Shown here piece by piece: positions 12,840-23,030 of a stretch of 64,000 nucleotides of DNA. Location: assembly GCA_902610255.1 (NCBI GenBank), contig CACLUX010000004.1, positions 5,605-69,604 of the forward strand. The letters run 5' to 3'. Position 1 is the first letter of the stretch. Every line of letters starts with the position of its first letter. The DNA comes from an uncultured Alphaproteobacteria bacterium (GTDB lineage: Bacteria > Pseudomonadota > Alphaproteobacteria > HIMB59). The position numbers and the translations under genes are program-made. The notes beneath the pieces are model-generated. The model saw nothing but the letters and a program-made list of their open reading frames with translations, was not told the origin of the DNA and searched no databases.

Positions 12840-14102
12840 ATGAATGTCATAGTTGTAGGATCTGGTGCCCGAGAACATGCTTTGTGTAGAATTCTTCATA
12901 AGTCCTACCTTTGTGAAAAAGTATTTTGTTTTCCTGGAAATTATGGAATTAGCCAAATTGCTGAGTGTAAAGATATCTCAACCAAAGAGGATATTGTTGA
13001 GGAATGTATTAAAATTAATCCAGACCTTGTTGTTGTAGGTCCAGAAAACTATTTATCAGAAAATCTTGCGGGAGAACTTAGAAATAAGGGTATAAATGTT
13101 TTTGGTCCTGACTCTGAGGGCGCAAAACTTGAATCTTCCAAGCAGTTCATGAAAGAATTTTGTCAATCTCACAATATTCCAACTGCAAAATCTAAAACTT
13201 TTGTTGATTTTGATGAAGCAAAAAACTATCTAGAAAGTTTTAATGGGCCCATTGTTGTAAAATATGATGGATTAGCCGCTGGTAAAGGGGTATTCGTATG
13301 CGCAAATACAAATGAAGCAATAGAGGCTTGTGAAAGAATTTTTATAAAAAAAGAATTTAATCAAGAAAACAACAAAGTTGTAATTGAAGAATTTATTGAG
13401 GGAAAAGAATTGAGTTTTTTTACAATTACTGATGGTGATGAATATTTAAATATTGGTTCCGCCCAAGATTATAAAAGAGTCGGAAATAATGATACAGGAC
13501 CAAATACTGGAGGAATGGGTACTATCAGCCCTGCCCCTATTTTAGATAATAATCTAGATATGATAATAAAGGATCAAATAGTAAAAAAAACTATAGAGGG
13601 TTTAAAGCATGATAACATAGCATTTCAAGGTGTTATATTTTTTGGGATAATCGTCAATGAATATAATCAACCATATTTGCTAGAATACAATACTAGATTT
13701 GGAGATCCTGAAATTCAAAGTATTTCTCTTAGGATAAAGTCAGATTTTTTATCTTTACTCCATTCAACTGCAACAAAAAATTTAAAATATGCTAATATTG
13801 AATTCTTTGAAAATAAAAAATCAATTTGTTTAATTTTAGCGACGAAAGGATACCCGGGAGATTACCCTAAAAATACTGAAATCAGAAATTTAAATGAATT
13901 AAAAAATAATAATGAATTATATATTTTTCATGCGGCGACTAAATTAATAAACAACAAAGTCTTTTCTAATGGAGGTAGAGTCCTATCAATCGTTGTATGT
14001 GGAGATAATTATCTTGAATGTAGAAATAAAGTATATGAAATAGCAGATATTATCGACTGGCCTGAAAAATATTATAGATCTGATATTGGTGCTAATATTT
14101 AG
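12840..14102 (+). CDS. purD: Phosphoribosylamine-glycine ligase
   Basis: GSGAREHAL, DGLAAGKGV, GPNTGGMG, EYNTRFGDPE. Confidence 0.98.
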   Translation: MNVIVVGSGAREHALCRILHKSYLCEKVFCFPGNYGISQIAECKDISTKEDIVEECIKINPDLVVVGPENYLSENLAGELRNKGINVFGPDSEGAKLESSKQFMKEFCQSHNIPTAKSKTFVDFDEAKNYLESFNGPIVVKYDGLAAGKGVFVCANTNEAIEACERIFIKKEFNQENNKVVIEEFIEGKELSFFTITDGDEYLNIGSAQDYKRVGNNDTGPNTGGMGTISPAPILDNNLDMIIKDQIVKKTIEGLKHDNIAFQGVIFFGIIVNEYNQPYLLEYNTRFGDPEIQSISLRIKSDFLSLLHSTATKNLKYANIEFFENKKSICLILATKGYPGDYPKNTEIRNLNELKNNNELYIFHAATKLINNKVFSNGGRVLSIVVCGDNYLECRNKVYEIADIIDWPEKYYRSDIGANI

Positions 14103-14517
14103 TTCTCTTATTTTTAAAAAATTTTTTTATTAAATTTTCCTCATTATTTTTAATTAATTTATACTTTACCTTTGATATGGTTTTTCTACTTGGGTTTTCA
14201 TTTTTAAATAAATAATAAACCTCAGATAATCTTGAGGATTTTATAACCTCTTTGCACATATTACATGGTTCTAAATAAGATATCATTATGAGACCATCTA
14301 ATCTCTTCTGATTTAATTTTTTACATGCCTTTCTTATACATAAAATCTCTGCATGTGCTGTTGGATCATTTGAAGCAATTTCTTGATTGAAAGATCTAGC
14401 AACAATCCTCTCATCAATCGGGTCAACTATTACGGATGCTATAGGAATCTCACCTTTTTCCATAGCTAATTTACTTTGACTAAGTACAATACGTATAAAA
14501 TTTGTTAAGTTGTGCAT
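14092..14517 (-). CDS. tadA: tRNA adenosine deaminase / nucleoside deaminase (start placed at ATG 14517)
   Basis: DPTAHAE and LEPCNMC zinc motifs. Confidence 0.82.
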   Translation of the reverse strand: MHNLTNFIRIVLSQSKLAMEKGEIPIASVIVDPIDERIVARSFNQEIASNDPTAHAEILCIRKACKKLNQKRLDGLIMISYLEPCNMCKEVIKSSRLSEVYYLFKNENPSRKTISKVKYKLIKNNEENLIKKFFKNKRTKY

Positions 14518-14518
14518 T

Positions 14519-15226
14519 GTGAATAGATCCCCAGTCATTGGTATTACAACTGATTATAAGGAAAAAGAAAACACATATTCTAAATATCCTTGGTTTGCTT
14601 TAAGACGCCATTATTCAGACTTTTTGTATCAGTTTGGGTGTACACCAATAATACTGCCTATAACAGAAACTATAGAAAATATAGATTTTTTAGATGGATT
14701 ACTTATCTCGGGAGGGGACTTTGATATTGATCCAAAATATTACGGTGAAAATATTCAGTCAGATAAAATTCAAACCGTTAAAGAAAGAACTAAATTTGAA
14801 TTTGAAATATTAGAAAAATATTTTCCCTGTAATAAACCTATTTTGGGAATATGTGGAGGGTGCCAACTTCTTAATGTATTTTTTGGTGGTAGTTTAATCC
14901 AAGATATTGAGTCATTTATTGAACACGAACAACCCAATCCAAGAGATGAGACTAGTCATGAACTATTTTTAAGTGATGAATCTAATCTTAAGATATTTAA
15001 AAATAGTCAAAAAATTTTTGTTAATAGCGCTCATCATCAGGGTATTAATAAAATTGGTCAAAATTTAATAGTAGATGCCTATGCACCTGATAATCTAATT
15101 GAAGCTTTTCATCATAAACAACATCCATTATGTATGGGTGTTCAATGGCATCCTGAATTTTTAATAACAGAGTTTGATAAAAGTATAGTAAAGCTGTTTA
15201 CAGATCATGCAAAAAATAACTTTTAG
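14519..15226 (+). CDS. Peptidase C26 / gamma-glutamyl-gamma-aminobutyrate hydrolase-family glutamine amidotransferase (start probably GTG 14519)
   Basis: ISGGDFD, GICGGCQ, NSAHHQ, VQWHPE. Confidence 0.88.
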   Translation: MNRSPVIGITTDYKEKENTYSKYPWFALRRHYSDFLYQFGCTPIILPITETIENIDFLDGLLISGGDFDIDPKYYGENIQSDKIQTVKERTKFEFEILEKYFPCNKPILGICGGCQLLNVFFGGSLIQDIESFIEHEQPNPRDETSHELFLSDESNLKIFKNSQKIFVNSAHHQGINKIGQNLIVDAYAPDNLIEAFHHKQHPLCMGVQWHPEFLITEFDKSIVKLFTDHAKNNF

Positions 15227-15893
15227 TAAAAAATTATCAGTTCAATTTAAAATTTCGCGAAACCAAGCAGAAAGTTTAATAAAAAATAAAAAAGTAACTT
15301 TAAATGGTAATATTGAAACAAGACCATTTATATCAGTAACTGATAAAGATATTTTTGAGATTGAAAAACTTAAATCCAATAAACTTAATATAATACTATT
15401 TCATAAACCGCGAGGTTGTATCACATCCAAAAAAGATGAAAAAGATAGAAAAATTGTTTATGACTTTCTTCCTAAGAAATATCAACAGTATCACTATATT
15501 GGTAGATTAGATTATAATTCTGAAGGTTTATTACTATTTACAAAAGAGACCTCTTTTAAAAGATATATGGAACTTCCTAAATCAAATATTAAAAGATCTT
15601 ATCTTGTTAATGTAATTGGTACCTTTGATCAAAATAAGCTTAGATCAATAAATAAAAAAATTTATGGAAAAGAAATATATAAAAAACCTAATGTAAAATT
15701 AGTTCACTCAAATATAAACAAACATGTACTGAGATTTAATCTTAGTGAGGGAAAAAATAGAGAGATAAGAAATATTTGTTCATTATTCAATTTAAAAGTA
15801 GAAAAGCTTAAAAGGATCTCTTACGGTCGTTTTCTATTAAAGTCTATAACCTATGGTGCATACAAAGAAGTGCAGGTAAATGAAAGTTATTAG
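15207..15893 (+). CDS. rRNA pseudouridine synthase (RsuA/RluB family)
   Basis: S4-like N-terminus, HKPRG, GRLDYNSEGLLL, EGKNREIR. Confidence 0.92.
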   Translation: MQKITFSKKLSVQFKISRNQAESLIKNKKVTLNGNIETRPFISVTDKDIFEIEKLKSNKLNIILFHKPRGCITSKKDEKDRKIVYDFLPKKYQQYHYIGRLDYNSEGLLLFTKETSFKRYMELPKSNIKRSYLVNVIGTFDQNKLRSINKKIYGKEIYKKPNVKLVHSNINKHVLRFNLSEGKNREIRNICSLFNLKVEKLKRISYGRFLLKSITYGAYKEVQVNESY

Positions 15894-16407
15894 CGGCAAA
15901 TATAAGGGGAGAAAGATACTTGTTGAGTCTAAAAACGATTACAGACCAACCTTAACAAGAATTAGAGAGGATATATTCAATTTTTTATTACATAATAATG
16001 ATCTGAATATAGACCTCAATCAGGTTATTTTATGTGATTTGTTTGCAGGAACAGGTTCAATTGGTATAGAAGCGTTATCTAGGGGAGTTAAAAAAGTAAT
16101 ATTTAACGATATCGAAAAAAAACATACTAATAAAATTGAAGATTTTCTAAAAAAAATTAATGAGATAAATTATGAAATAACTAATTTTGATCCTTATAAA
16201 CAAAAAATAGATATTTTAAATAACTGCCATGTAATTTATATCGATCCTCCGTATGATCATGGTTTTGAATTAATTCAAAAAAAAATATTGATGAATATTC
16301 AATCAAATATCTTAATCATATTGGAAAGTTCAAATTTAATAAATTTAGGTAATCTCATATTAAAAAAACAATACAAAAATAAAAATTTATTTTTTTTTAG
16401 AACTTAA
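15880..16407 (+). CDS. rsmD: 16S rRNA m2G966 methyltransferase
   Basis: ISGKYKGR, RPT, DLFAGTGSIGIEALSRG, DPPY. Confidence 0.93.
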   Translation: MKVISGKYKGRKILVESKNDYRPTLTRIREDIFNFLLHNNDLNIDLNQVILCDLFAGTGSIGIEALSRGVKKVIFNDIEKKHTNKIEDFLKKINEINYEITNFDPYKQKIDILNNCHVIYIDPPYDHGFELIQKKILMNIQSNILIILESSNLINLGNLILKKQYKNKNLFFFRT

Positions 16408-16697
16408 TAAATTTTGAAATAATTAATAAATTTTATAAAAAATTTTTTAAAATATCTTAATTCTCCAAATACCACAGCAACACCAATTAGTACAAATTGA
16501 TATATAGGAAAAATTATTATTAATCTAATTAACCAATAAAAAAATTTATTTGAAATAAATTTTTCTATAGATATTAATTGAAGTAATGGTTCTGATAAAA
16601 AAACCGAAAGAGATCCTGCTAGTCCAAAAATTATAAATATTTTTAATAGATGTAATTTAGAATTTGCACCAAAAAAATTAATTAAATTATTTATCAC
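16404..16697 (-). CDS. Small 2-TM membrane protein (DUF6787-like)
   Basis: IFGLAGSLS...IIFPIYQ...FGELRYF pattern. Confidence 0.6.
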   Translation of the reverse strand: MINNLINFFGANSKLHLLKIFIIFGLAGSLSVFLSEPLLQLISIEKFISNKFFYWLIRLIIIFPIYQFVLIGVAVVFGELRYFKKFFIKFINYFKIY

Positions 16698-16698
16698 T

Positions 16699-17856
16699 TT
16701 ATACTTTTGTATTCTTTTTTAAAATTTCAACTGCTGGTTGATCAAGAAAATTAATTTTTTCATATATTGACCTTAAGTAGATATCAAAGATTAAATACAT
16801 CAATAAATAACAATAATCATTGAAATCATCTTTAATTGAGATTTGTGACACTAAAAATTTTTTTTGTTGCAAAGTTTTTATAGCTCCCTCTTCTAGGACA
16901 CTCATTAAATTATAACCTTTGATGAGATTAGAATTAGAGGAAATACTATTTTTTGGAGTAGATATTTTAAAAAAACTGAAATGCTTATCATTGGGCCCAT
17001 CTATATAAAGTTGAAATTGACTATGTTGATCTATAGATCCATATGATGAGATATAATTTCTTGCATTTCTATTTTTACCTAAACTCTCTGCAAAAATCTG
17101 TCTATACCATTCATTTACTGTATTTATTTTATCATGATAACTTAAACCTACTAGGATGTTTAAATTATATTTTTTTTCAAATCCAATAGTGTAAAAAATT
17201 TTTTTGGACAACTTGGAGTGATTTTTTTTTATTAATAATTTAGCATTTTTAAATGAATTTAAAATTTTGGATAATGAAAATCCTATTGATAATAATGGTA
17301 AAAGAGCTGTTAACGAGAATATGCTAAATCTACCCCCAATATTATGATCATGATCAAAACAAACGATATTATTTTTGTTTGCAAATTTCTTCATATAATT
17401 TTTTTTATTTTCTGTAATAAAAATAAATTTTTCGAAGATGTTAGAGACTTTTTTTTGATTTAATATTTTAATTACTATGTGTAGAAAATACTTTATTTCT
17501 ATTGTATTTCCAGATTTAGAGATAAATATAAATTTATCATTTTTGTTAATATTTAAATCTCGTAATAAGTTTTTTATTTTAACTGGTGATGGATTATCAA
17601 ATATAAAAAGATTCTTACCCAAAGAATTTGGATCTAAAAATTGTGCAAGTAATTTTGTGCTTAATGAAGATCCACCCATGCCAAAAACATAGGTTCTAAA
17701 TTTTTTTTTTTTAAATATATCTAAGTTATATTTATCAAAATAATTTTTTTGATTAAAGGGATTAAACATGTCTAATGAGAGAAACTCATTAATTGAGTAT
17801 TTTATACTCTTATTAAAGCTAAATTTTAATTTTTTCGAATTATTTTTGACTAACAA
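16699..17856 (-). CDS. pgi: Glucose-6-phosphate isomerase (compact)
   Basis: GMGGSSL, SKSGNTIE, IGGRFSIFS, QIFAESLGK, DQHSQFQLY, DQPAVE. Confidence 0.92.
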   Translation of the reverse strand: MLVKNNSKKLKFSFNKSIKYSINEFLSLDMFNPFNQKNYFDKYNLDIFKKKKFRTYVFGMGGSSLSTKLLAQFLDPNSLGKNLFIFDNPSPVKIKNLLRDLNINKNDKFIFISKSGNTIEIKYFLHIVIKILNQKKVSNIFEKFIFITENKKNYMKKFANKNNIVCFDHDHNIGGRFSIFSLTALLPLLSIGFSLSKILNSFKNAKLLIKKNHSKLSKKIFYTIGFEKKYNLNILVGLSYHDKINTVNEWYRQIFAESLGKNRNARNYISSYGSIDQHSQFQLYIDGPNDKHFSFFKISTPKNSISSNSNLIKGYNLMSVLEEGAIKTLQQKKFLVSQISIKDDFNDYCYLLMYLIFDIYLRSIYEKINFLDQPAVEILKKNTKV

Positions 17857-17882
17857 TTTTTTCTCCCTAAAAGAGTAAAGTT

Positions 17883-18191
17883 TTATCTTTTACTTTTGCC
17901 CTTGAATAATTTTTGAAATAGATTTTCATCAGTCTCATACCCACTGTCACCATCTATTTTATCTATGATTGATGAGTCAACATCTTTTGACTGTGTTTGA
18001 TTAAGGATTGAATTTACGATTGAATTATCATTATTTTTTAAATTATTATTTTTAGAAGAACCAGGTAAGGGTAAATCGCTAATTGGTGGGACTATCAGAG
18101 CTTTATTATACCCCAATCCCAGCTCGTTTTTTACCTCTCTCTGACAAGATATTGCAAGTAAAGCTAATAAAATTATTAAATTATTTTTCAT
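17883..18191 (-). CDS. DUF3035-like lipoprotein
   Basis: Lipobox LAISC, LIVPP...LPLP, downstream of lspA. Confidence 0.65.
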   Translation of the reverse strand: MKNNLIILLALLAISCQREVKNELGLGYNKALIVPPISDLPLPGSSKNNNLKNNDNSIVNSILNQTQSKDVDSSIIDKIDGDSGYETDENLFQKLFKGKSKR

Positions 18192-18673
18192 AATTTCTTA
18201 TTTAAAAATAATATATTTACCATCAATATAAAAAATCCCAAAGTTATACAGCTATCAGCAATATTAAATGCCGGCCAGTGATATTTACTTATGTATATGT
18301 CAATAAAGTCAATAACAAAACCCCTAAATATTCGGTCTATAAAATTACCTAATGCACCAGACAAAATTAAAGTCAAGGTAAGCTGAAAAACCTTATCTTG
18401 TGTTTTTAAGAGTAAATATAAAAAATATGAAATAATTAGCAATATTACTATTGAAACCACTAATTGATTGAGAGATGGATCATTCAATAGTCCAAATGCA
18501 AAACCATAATTTACAACAAATGTTAAATTAATAATTGGGAATAAAGACACTGACTGATAAAGATCAAAGAAATTTATAACTAAAGCCTTAGTGATCTGGT
18601 CCAAAGACACAAGGAAAAAAAATAAAAACAATAAATTTAAGTTAAACTTATTTTTGAAAAGATTTCCAAACAT
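18188..18673 (-). CDS. lspA: Lipoprotein signal peptidase II (start placed at ATG 18673)
   Basis: DQITK, NYGFAFG, GALGNFIDR, VIDFID, FNIAD. Confidence 0.96.
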   Translation of the reverse strand: MFGNLFKNKFNLNLLFLFFFLVSLDQITKALVINFFDLYQSVSLFPIINLTFVVNYGFAFGLLNDPSLNQLVVSIVILLIISYFLYLLLKTQDKVFQLTLTLILSGALGNFIDRIFRGFVIDFIDIYISKYHWPAFNIADSCITLGFFILMVNILFLNKKL

Positions 18674-21428
18674 CTTCACATCGATTGCATAAATTATTTT
18701 TACTAGATAATACTTCTTGTAATACAGCCCAACATCGCTCACATTTTTTTCCATCAGCTAATTTAATCTCTACATAAATTTCCTCATCTTCAGTACAGAT
18801 TGCTTCCTTTGACCTATTTGAAATATCATGTGTTTCAACATCGCTGACAATGCACATCTCGGACAAATCTAAATCTGCAATTATTTTTTGTGTATCTCTG
18901 GATAAAAATAAAATTACTTTAGCTTGAAGGCTTGAGCCAATTAATTTTTCATTTCTTTTTAGCTCTAAGGCGGAGGTGACACATTTCCTTACTCTTTTTA
19001 GTTCTTCAAAAACTTTCTCAAGCGAAATATCCTTATAAGTAAATTCATCATCTTTAACATTTTGTAATAAAATACTTTCTCCGTTATTATAGCCCCTAGA
19101 CTTCCATGCTTCCTCACATGTAAATGAAACTATGGGTGAAAGCCATTTTGTTAAAAACTCAAATATTATATGTAGACATGTTGAAGTTGATCTTCTTTTT
19201 ATACTTTTAGTATCATCGCAATATAAGGAGTCCTTTCTAATATCAAAATAAAATGCTGATAACTCAAGAGTGCAGAAATTTAGTAAAGCAGTGTAAATCG
19301 CATGGTAATCATGTTTTGAAACTAATTCTTTAAGTTTTTCATTAAGGCTTGAAATTCGCGTTAGTAGATACCTTTCTAATTCAGGCATTTCCTCTGGGAC
19401 AACTAAATTTTGTTTATTAAAGTTATTAAGATTTCCTAAAAGGAATCTTAGTGTGTTTCTAATTTTTCTGTAAGAGTCTATTTGGTAGTTGATAATCTGA
19501 TTATCAATTTTTAAATCCTCAGAATAATCTGATGCAACAACCCAAATACGTAATATATCTGCACCGTATTTGTTGATTATTTCATCTGGGGAAATAACGT
19601 TTCCGATTGACTTAGACATTTTTCTACCTTTGCCATCCACAACAAAACCATGTGATAAAATACATTCAAATGGTGCCTTGTCCCTTGTTCCGCACGACTC
19701 AAGCAATGAGGAGTGAAACCAACCTCTATGTTGGTCTGAGCCCTCTAAATACATCGAAGCTGGCCAGTGAAGATCTTCTCTAGCCTCTAATACATAAGAA
19801 TGAGTTGAACCACTATCAAACCAAACTTCAACGACATCTTTTACTTGTTCAAAATCATTTGGGTCATATTCAGGTGATAAAAATCTTGATGGTTCGGAGT
19901 TAAACCAGGCATCACCACCCTCTAATTCAAAAATCTTCGCAATTTTTTCAATAATGTTTTGATCACGTAAAGGTTCACCTGTTTTTTTATTGACAAATAT
20001 TGGTAAAGGCACACCCCAAACTCTTTGTCTAGAAACACACCAATCCGGACGGTCCTGTATCATACTTCTTAATCTTTTTTGTCCTTGTTTTGGAAAAAAA
20101 TCGGTTTCATCAATAGCTTTTAGTGCTTTTGTCCTTAAATCATTTGTGTCCATTGATATAAACCATTGTGATGTATTTTTATATACCAAGGGGGCTTTAG
20201 ATCTCCAAGAATGAGGATAGCTATGAACTAAAATACCTTGTGATATAAGGTTATTGTTATTTTTTATTTCATCACAAACATTTTGATCAACTTTAAAAAT
20301 GTGTTGGCCGTTAAATACAGGAATATGATCATAATATATTCCACTTTCATTTATTGTCATGGGTAATTCTAAATCATGTTGTTTGCCCAAAATAAAATCA
20401 TCCATTCCATGTACTGGACAAATATGAACTATACCCGTACCTTGTTCAGTAGTTACAAAATCACCGTGAAGAACAGGAACTTCAAAATTATATCCAGAGT
20501 TGTATAAAGTGTGTTTACAAAAAGTATTTGTTAATTCATGACCTTTTGTAGAAAAATTAACTTTATATTCTTCAATTTTATTTTCTTTAATAAATGACTC
20601 AACCAAATCGCTAGCTATAATAACGTTTTTATTTCCATCAATAATTTTTAAATTTAAAGATTTGTATTCAATATCGTTATGTACTGCCAGAGCTCTATTA
20701 CCTGGTATTGTCCAAGGAGTAGTTGTCCAAATAACAATAGAGTGATCTTTTAATTTATTGTTATCAGTTTTTGAAATTGGAAAACAAGCATATATTGTTG
20801 TTGATTTATGATCATGATATTCAACCTCTGCATCTGCAAGTGCTGTTTTTTCTATGACAGACCATAAAACTGGTCTGTGTCCTTTATAAATACCCCCATT
20901 TTTAAGAAACTTTCCTAATTCTCTTACTATTTGTGCCTCTGCATGAAAATGCATGGTTGTGTATGGGTTATCCCAATCGCCAATTACTCCCAATCTTTGG
21001 AATTCTTTTTTTTGAATAGATATCCACTTATTAGCAAAATCTCTACATTGTTTTCTGAATTCAATCACAGGTACATCATCTTTATTTTTCTTTTTAGCTC
21101 TGTATTCCTCTTCTATTTTCCATTCAATAGGTAGTCCGTGACAATCCCATCCAGGAACATAAATAGAGTTTTTATTAAGAAGTTGTTGATATTTTATAAT
21201 TATATCTTTTAAAATTTTATTAAGGGCATGACCCATATGAAGATGACCATTTGCATAAGGAGGTCCGTCGTGAAGAATAAATTTTTCTTTAGAATTGGAT
21301 TGTTCTCTTAATTTTTTATATATGTCATTCTTAATCCATTCATCAAGAATTCCTGGCTCTTTTTTAGGCAAGTCAGCTTTCATAGAAAATCCAGTCTTTG
21401 GAAGAATAATAGAGTCTTTAATTTCCAT
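18648..21428 (-). CDS. ileS: Isoleucyl-tRNA synthetase
   Basis: HDGPPYANGHLHMGH, KMSKS, C-terminal CERCW...CNRC zinc finger. Confidence 0.99.
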   Translation of the reverse strand: MEIKDSIILPKTGFSMKADLPKKEPGILDEWIKNDIYKKLREQSNSKEKFILHDGPPYANGHLHMGHALNKILKDIIIKYQQLLNKNSIYVPGWDCHGLPIEWKIEEEYRAKKKNKDDVPVIEFRKQCRDFANKWISIQKKEFQRLGVIGDWDNPYTTMHFHAEAQIVRELGKFLKNGGIYKGHRPVLWSVIEKTALADAEVEYHDHKSTTIYACFPISKTDNNKLKDHSIVIWTTTPWTIPGNRALAVHNDIEYKSLNLKIIDGNKNVIIASDLVESFIKENKIEEYKVNFSTKGHELTNTFCKHTLYNSGYNFEVPVLHGDFVTTEQGTGIVHICPVHGMDDFILGKQHDLELPMTINESGIYYDHIPVFNGQHIFKVDQNVCDEIKNNNNLISQGILVHSYPHSWRSKAPLVYKNTSQWFISMDTNDLRTKALKAIDETDFFPKQGQKRLRSMIQDRPDWCVSRQRVWGVPLPIFVNKKTGEPLRDQNIIEKIAKIFELEGGDAWFNSEPSRFLSPEYDPNDFEQVKDVVEVWFDSGSTHSYVLEAREDLHWPASMYLEGSDQHRGWFHSSLLESCGTRDKAPFECILSHGFVVDGKGRKMSKSIGNVISPDEIINKYGADILRIWVVASDYSEDLKIDNQIINYQIDSYRKIRNTLRFLLGNLNNFNKQNLVVPEEMPELERYLLTRISSLNEKLKELVSKHDYHAIYTALLNFCTLELSAFYFDIRKDSLYCDDTKSIKRRSTSTCLHIIFEFLTKWLSPIVSFTCEEAWKSRGYNNGESILLQNVKDDEFTYKDISLEKVFEELKRVRKCVTSALELKRNEKLIGSSLQAKVILFLSRDTQKIIADLDLSEMCIVSDVETHDISNRSKEAICTEDEEIYVEIKLADGKKCERCWAVLQEVLSSKNNLCNRCEDVWKSFQK

Positions 21429-22353
21429 AATTTAATATTTTTTTTGCTTCAGCAATATCTAAATTGATTTGATTTAATAATTCTTTTATACCATTAAATT
21501 TTTTCTCTTGTCGAATTTGTTTATAAAAAAATAATTCTATATTCTTATGGTAAATATTATTGTCAAAATCAAACAAATAGGCCTCAACAATTGGCTTTTC
21601 TTTATTAAAGGTTGGTCTTATACCAAAATTAACAATACCAAAATAAGTATTTCCATCAATCGAGGCCTCTACAGCATAGACACCATATGGAATAATAATT
21701 GTATTTAGAGGGTACTCAATATTGGCTGTGGGAATTCCAATTAAACGACCTCTCTGATCGCCTTTAATAACTTTACCAGAAATACTAAATTTTCTTTTCA
21801 AATCTTTATTTGCTAATTCAATATTTCCTAAATTCAGATTTTCTCTTATTTTACTTGAAGAAATTTTGTTATTATTTTGCTCATCGAAAATGAGATCAAT
21901 TTCGTTTAGTTGAATATTATTTTTTTTACAAAATATTTTTAAGGTCTGTATGTCTCCTTTTCTTTGATTTCCATATTGGAAGTCTTTTCCTATTAAAATT
22001 CTATTGGCATTAAGTTTACCTAACAAAATTTTGTCCTCGAATTCTAAATGATTTAGTTGAGTAAATTTCTCATTAAAATGTATGTCAATTAAATAGTCTA
22101 AACCTAAACACTCTAAAATCTCTTTTTTTTTTAATTGAGAATTAATCATAAAATTATTTTGCTTTTTAAAATATATTTTTGGATGTGGTGTGAATGATAA
22201 AATTGCAGATTTAGATTTTGATATTTTAGTTTTTTGTATTAAGTTTTTTATTACCTCTCTATGGCCTTTGTGAACACCATCAAAGTTACCTATTGTTACA
22301 CACAGCTTTTCATCGATATTAATTTCTTCAAAACTACTATTGATATATTTCAT
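21418..22353 (-). CDS. ribF: Bifunctional riboflavin kinase/FAD synthetase (start placed at ATG 22353)
   Basis: IGNFDGVHKGH, ISSSKIR, GIPTAN, GIRPTF. Confidence 0.97.
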   Translation of the reverse strand: MKYINSSFEEINIDEKLCVTIGNFDGVHKGHREVIKNLIQKTKISKSKSAILSFTPHPKIYFKKQNNFMINSQLKKKEILECLGLDYLIDIHFNEKFTQLNHLEFEDKILLGKLNANRILIGKDFQYGNQRKGDIQTLKIFCKKNNIQLNEIDLIFDEQNNNKISSSKIRENLNLGNIELANKDLKRKFSISGKVIKGDQRGRLIGIPTANIEYPLNTIIIPYGVYAVEASIDGNTYFGIVNFGIRPTFNKEKPIVEAYLFDFDNNIYHKNIELFFYKQIRQEKKFNGIKELLNQINLDIAEAKKILNYGN

Positions 22354-22361
22354 AAAAAGAA

Positions 22362-22832
22362 TTAAACGGTGTGATATTTGCTCTTGTAATAAATAAGCGG
22401 TTTTTTGGTGTTTAATTTTATGCAGTTTGTAATTAAACATATGATTATTGTATGGTCGCCTGATATGACTTTTTTTTCAACTTTTGCCTCTAGTAGGCCT
22501 AAAGACTCTGGAAAGAAAGGAACCTTATTATTTGCAATTTTGTATTTTGTCTCCACCCATCTCTTCTCTAATGATCCAGCAAATTTATTAGATAAATTAA
22601 GTTGAGATTTAGCTAAAAAATTTACATTTAAAGGACTATTTAATTTAAAACTTTTTAAATTTAAATTTTCATTTCCAAGACAAAATAAAAACTTTGGAGG
22701 GACAAGAGAAAGGCTTGAGAAAGAGTTGACTGTACAACCAAAAAATTGTTTTCTATTTGTTCCATTTGTTACAATCGTAATACCTGTGGAAAATAATGAG
22801 AAAACGGCCGTTAAATTTTTAATATTTTTCAT
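22362..22832 (-). CDS. Flavin reductase-family protein (start ATG 22832; the track's extension runs through tRNA-Leu)
   Basis: FSTGITIVT, TVNSFSSLSL, GDHTI. Confidence 0.88.
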   Translation of the reverse strand: MKNIKNLTAVFSLFSTGITIVTNGTNRKQFFGCTVNSFSSLSLVPPKFLFCLGNENLNLKSFKLNSPLNVNFLAKSQLNLSNKFAGSLEKRWVETKYKIANNKVPFFPESLGLLEAKVEKKVISGDHTIIICLITNCIKLNTKKPLIYYKSKYHTV

Positions 22833-22847
22833 AGTTTTATATGTTGT

Positions 22848-22933
22848 TGGTAGCGCTGGAGAGACTCGAACTCTCACGAGGTTGCCCTCACCGGATTTTG
22901 AATCCGGCGCGTCTACCATTCCGCCACAACGCC
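22848..22933 (-). tRNA. tRNA-Leu(CAA)
   Basis: GGCGTTGTGGCGGAATGGTAGACGCG-CCGGA TT CAA AA TCCGG, long variable arm, GAGAGTTCGAGTCTCTC, CAGCGCT-A-CCA; 86 nt. Confidence 0.97.
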
Positions 22934-23030
22934 TTAAAATAATCTTATTTACTTATATTATTAAGACAAATTAGGCAAATTGATAACTAATTGTATATTT
23001 ATTTTAATTTAAGAATAATATCTCGATACT

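Noticed and set aside
12810-12956. Long overlaps implied by the track's upstream starts (xseA, ribF, lspA, ATPase at 52218, cupin at 62137, oxidoreductase at 56608)
   Set aside because: Family N-termini begin at later in-frame starts that remove or shrink the overlaps
22833-22919. N-terminal extension of the flavin reductase ORF in the track
   Set aside because: It is tRNA-Leu read as codons; the real start is 22832
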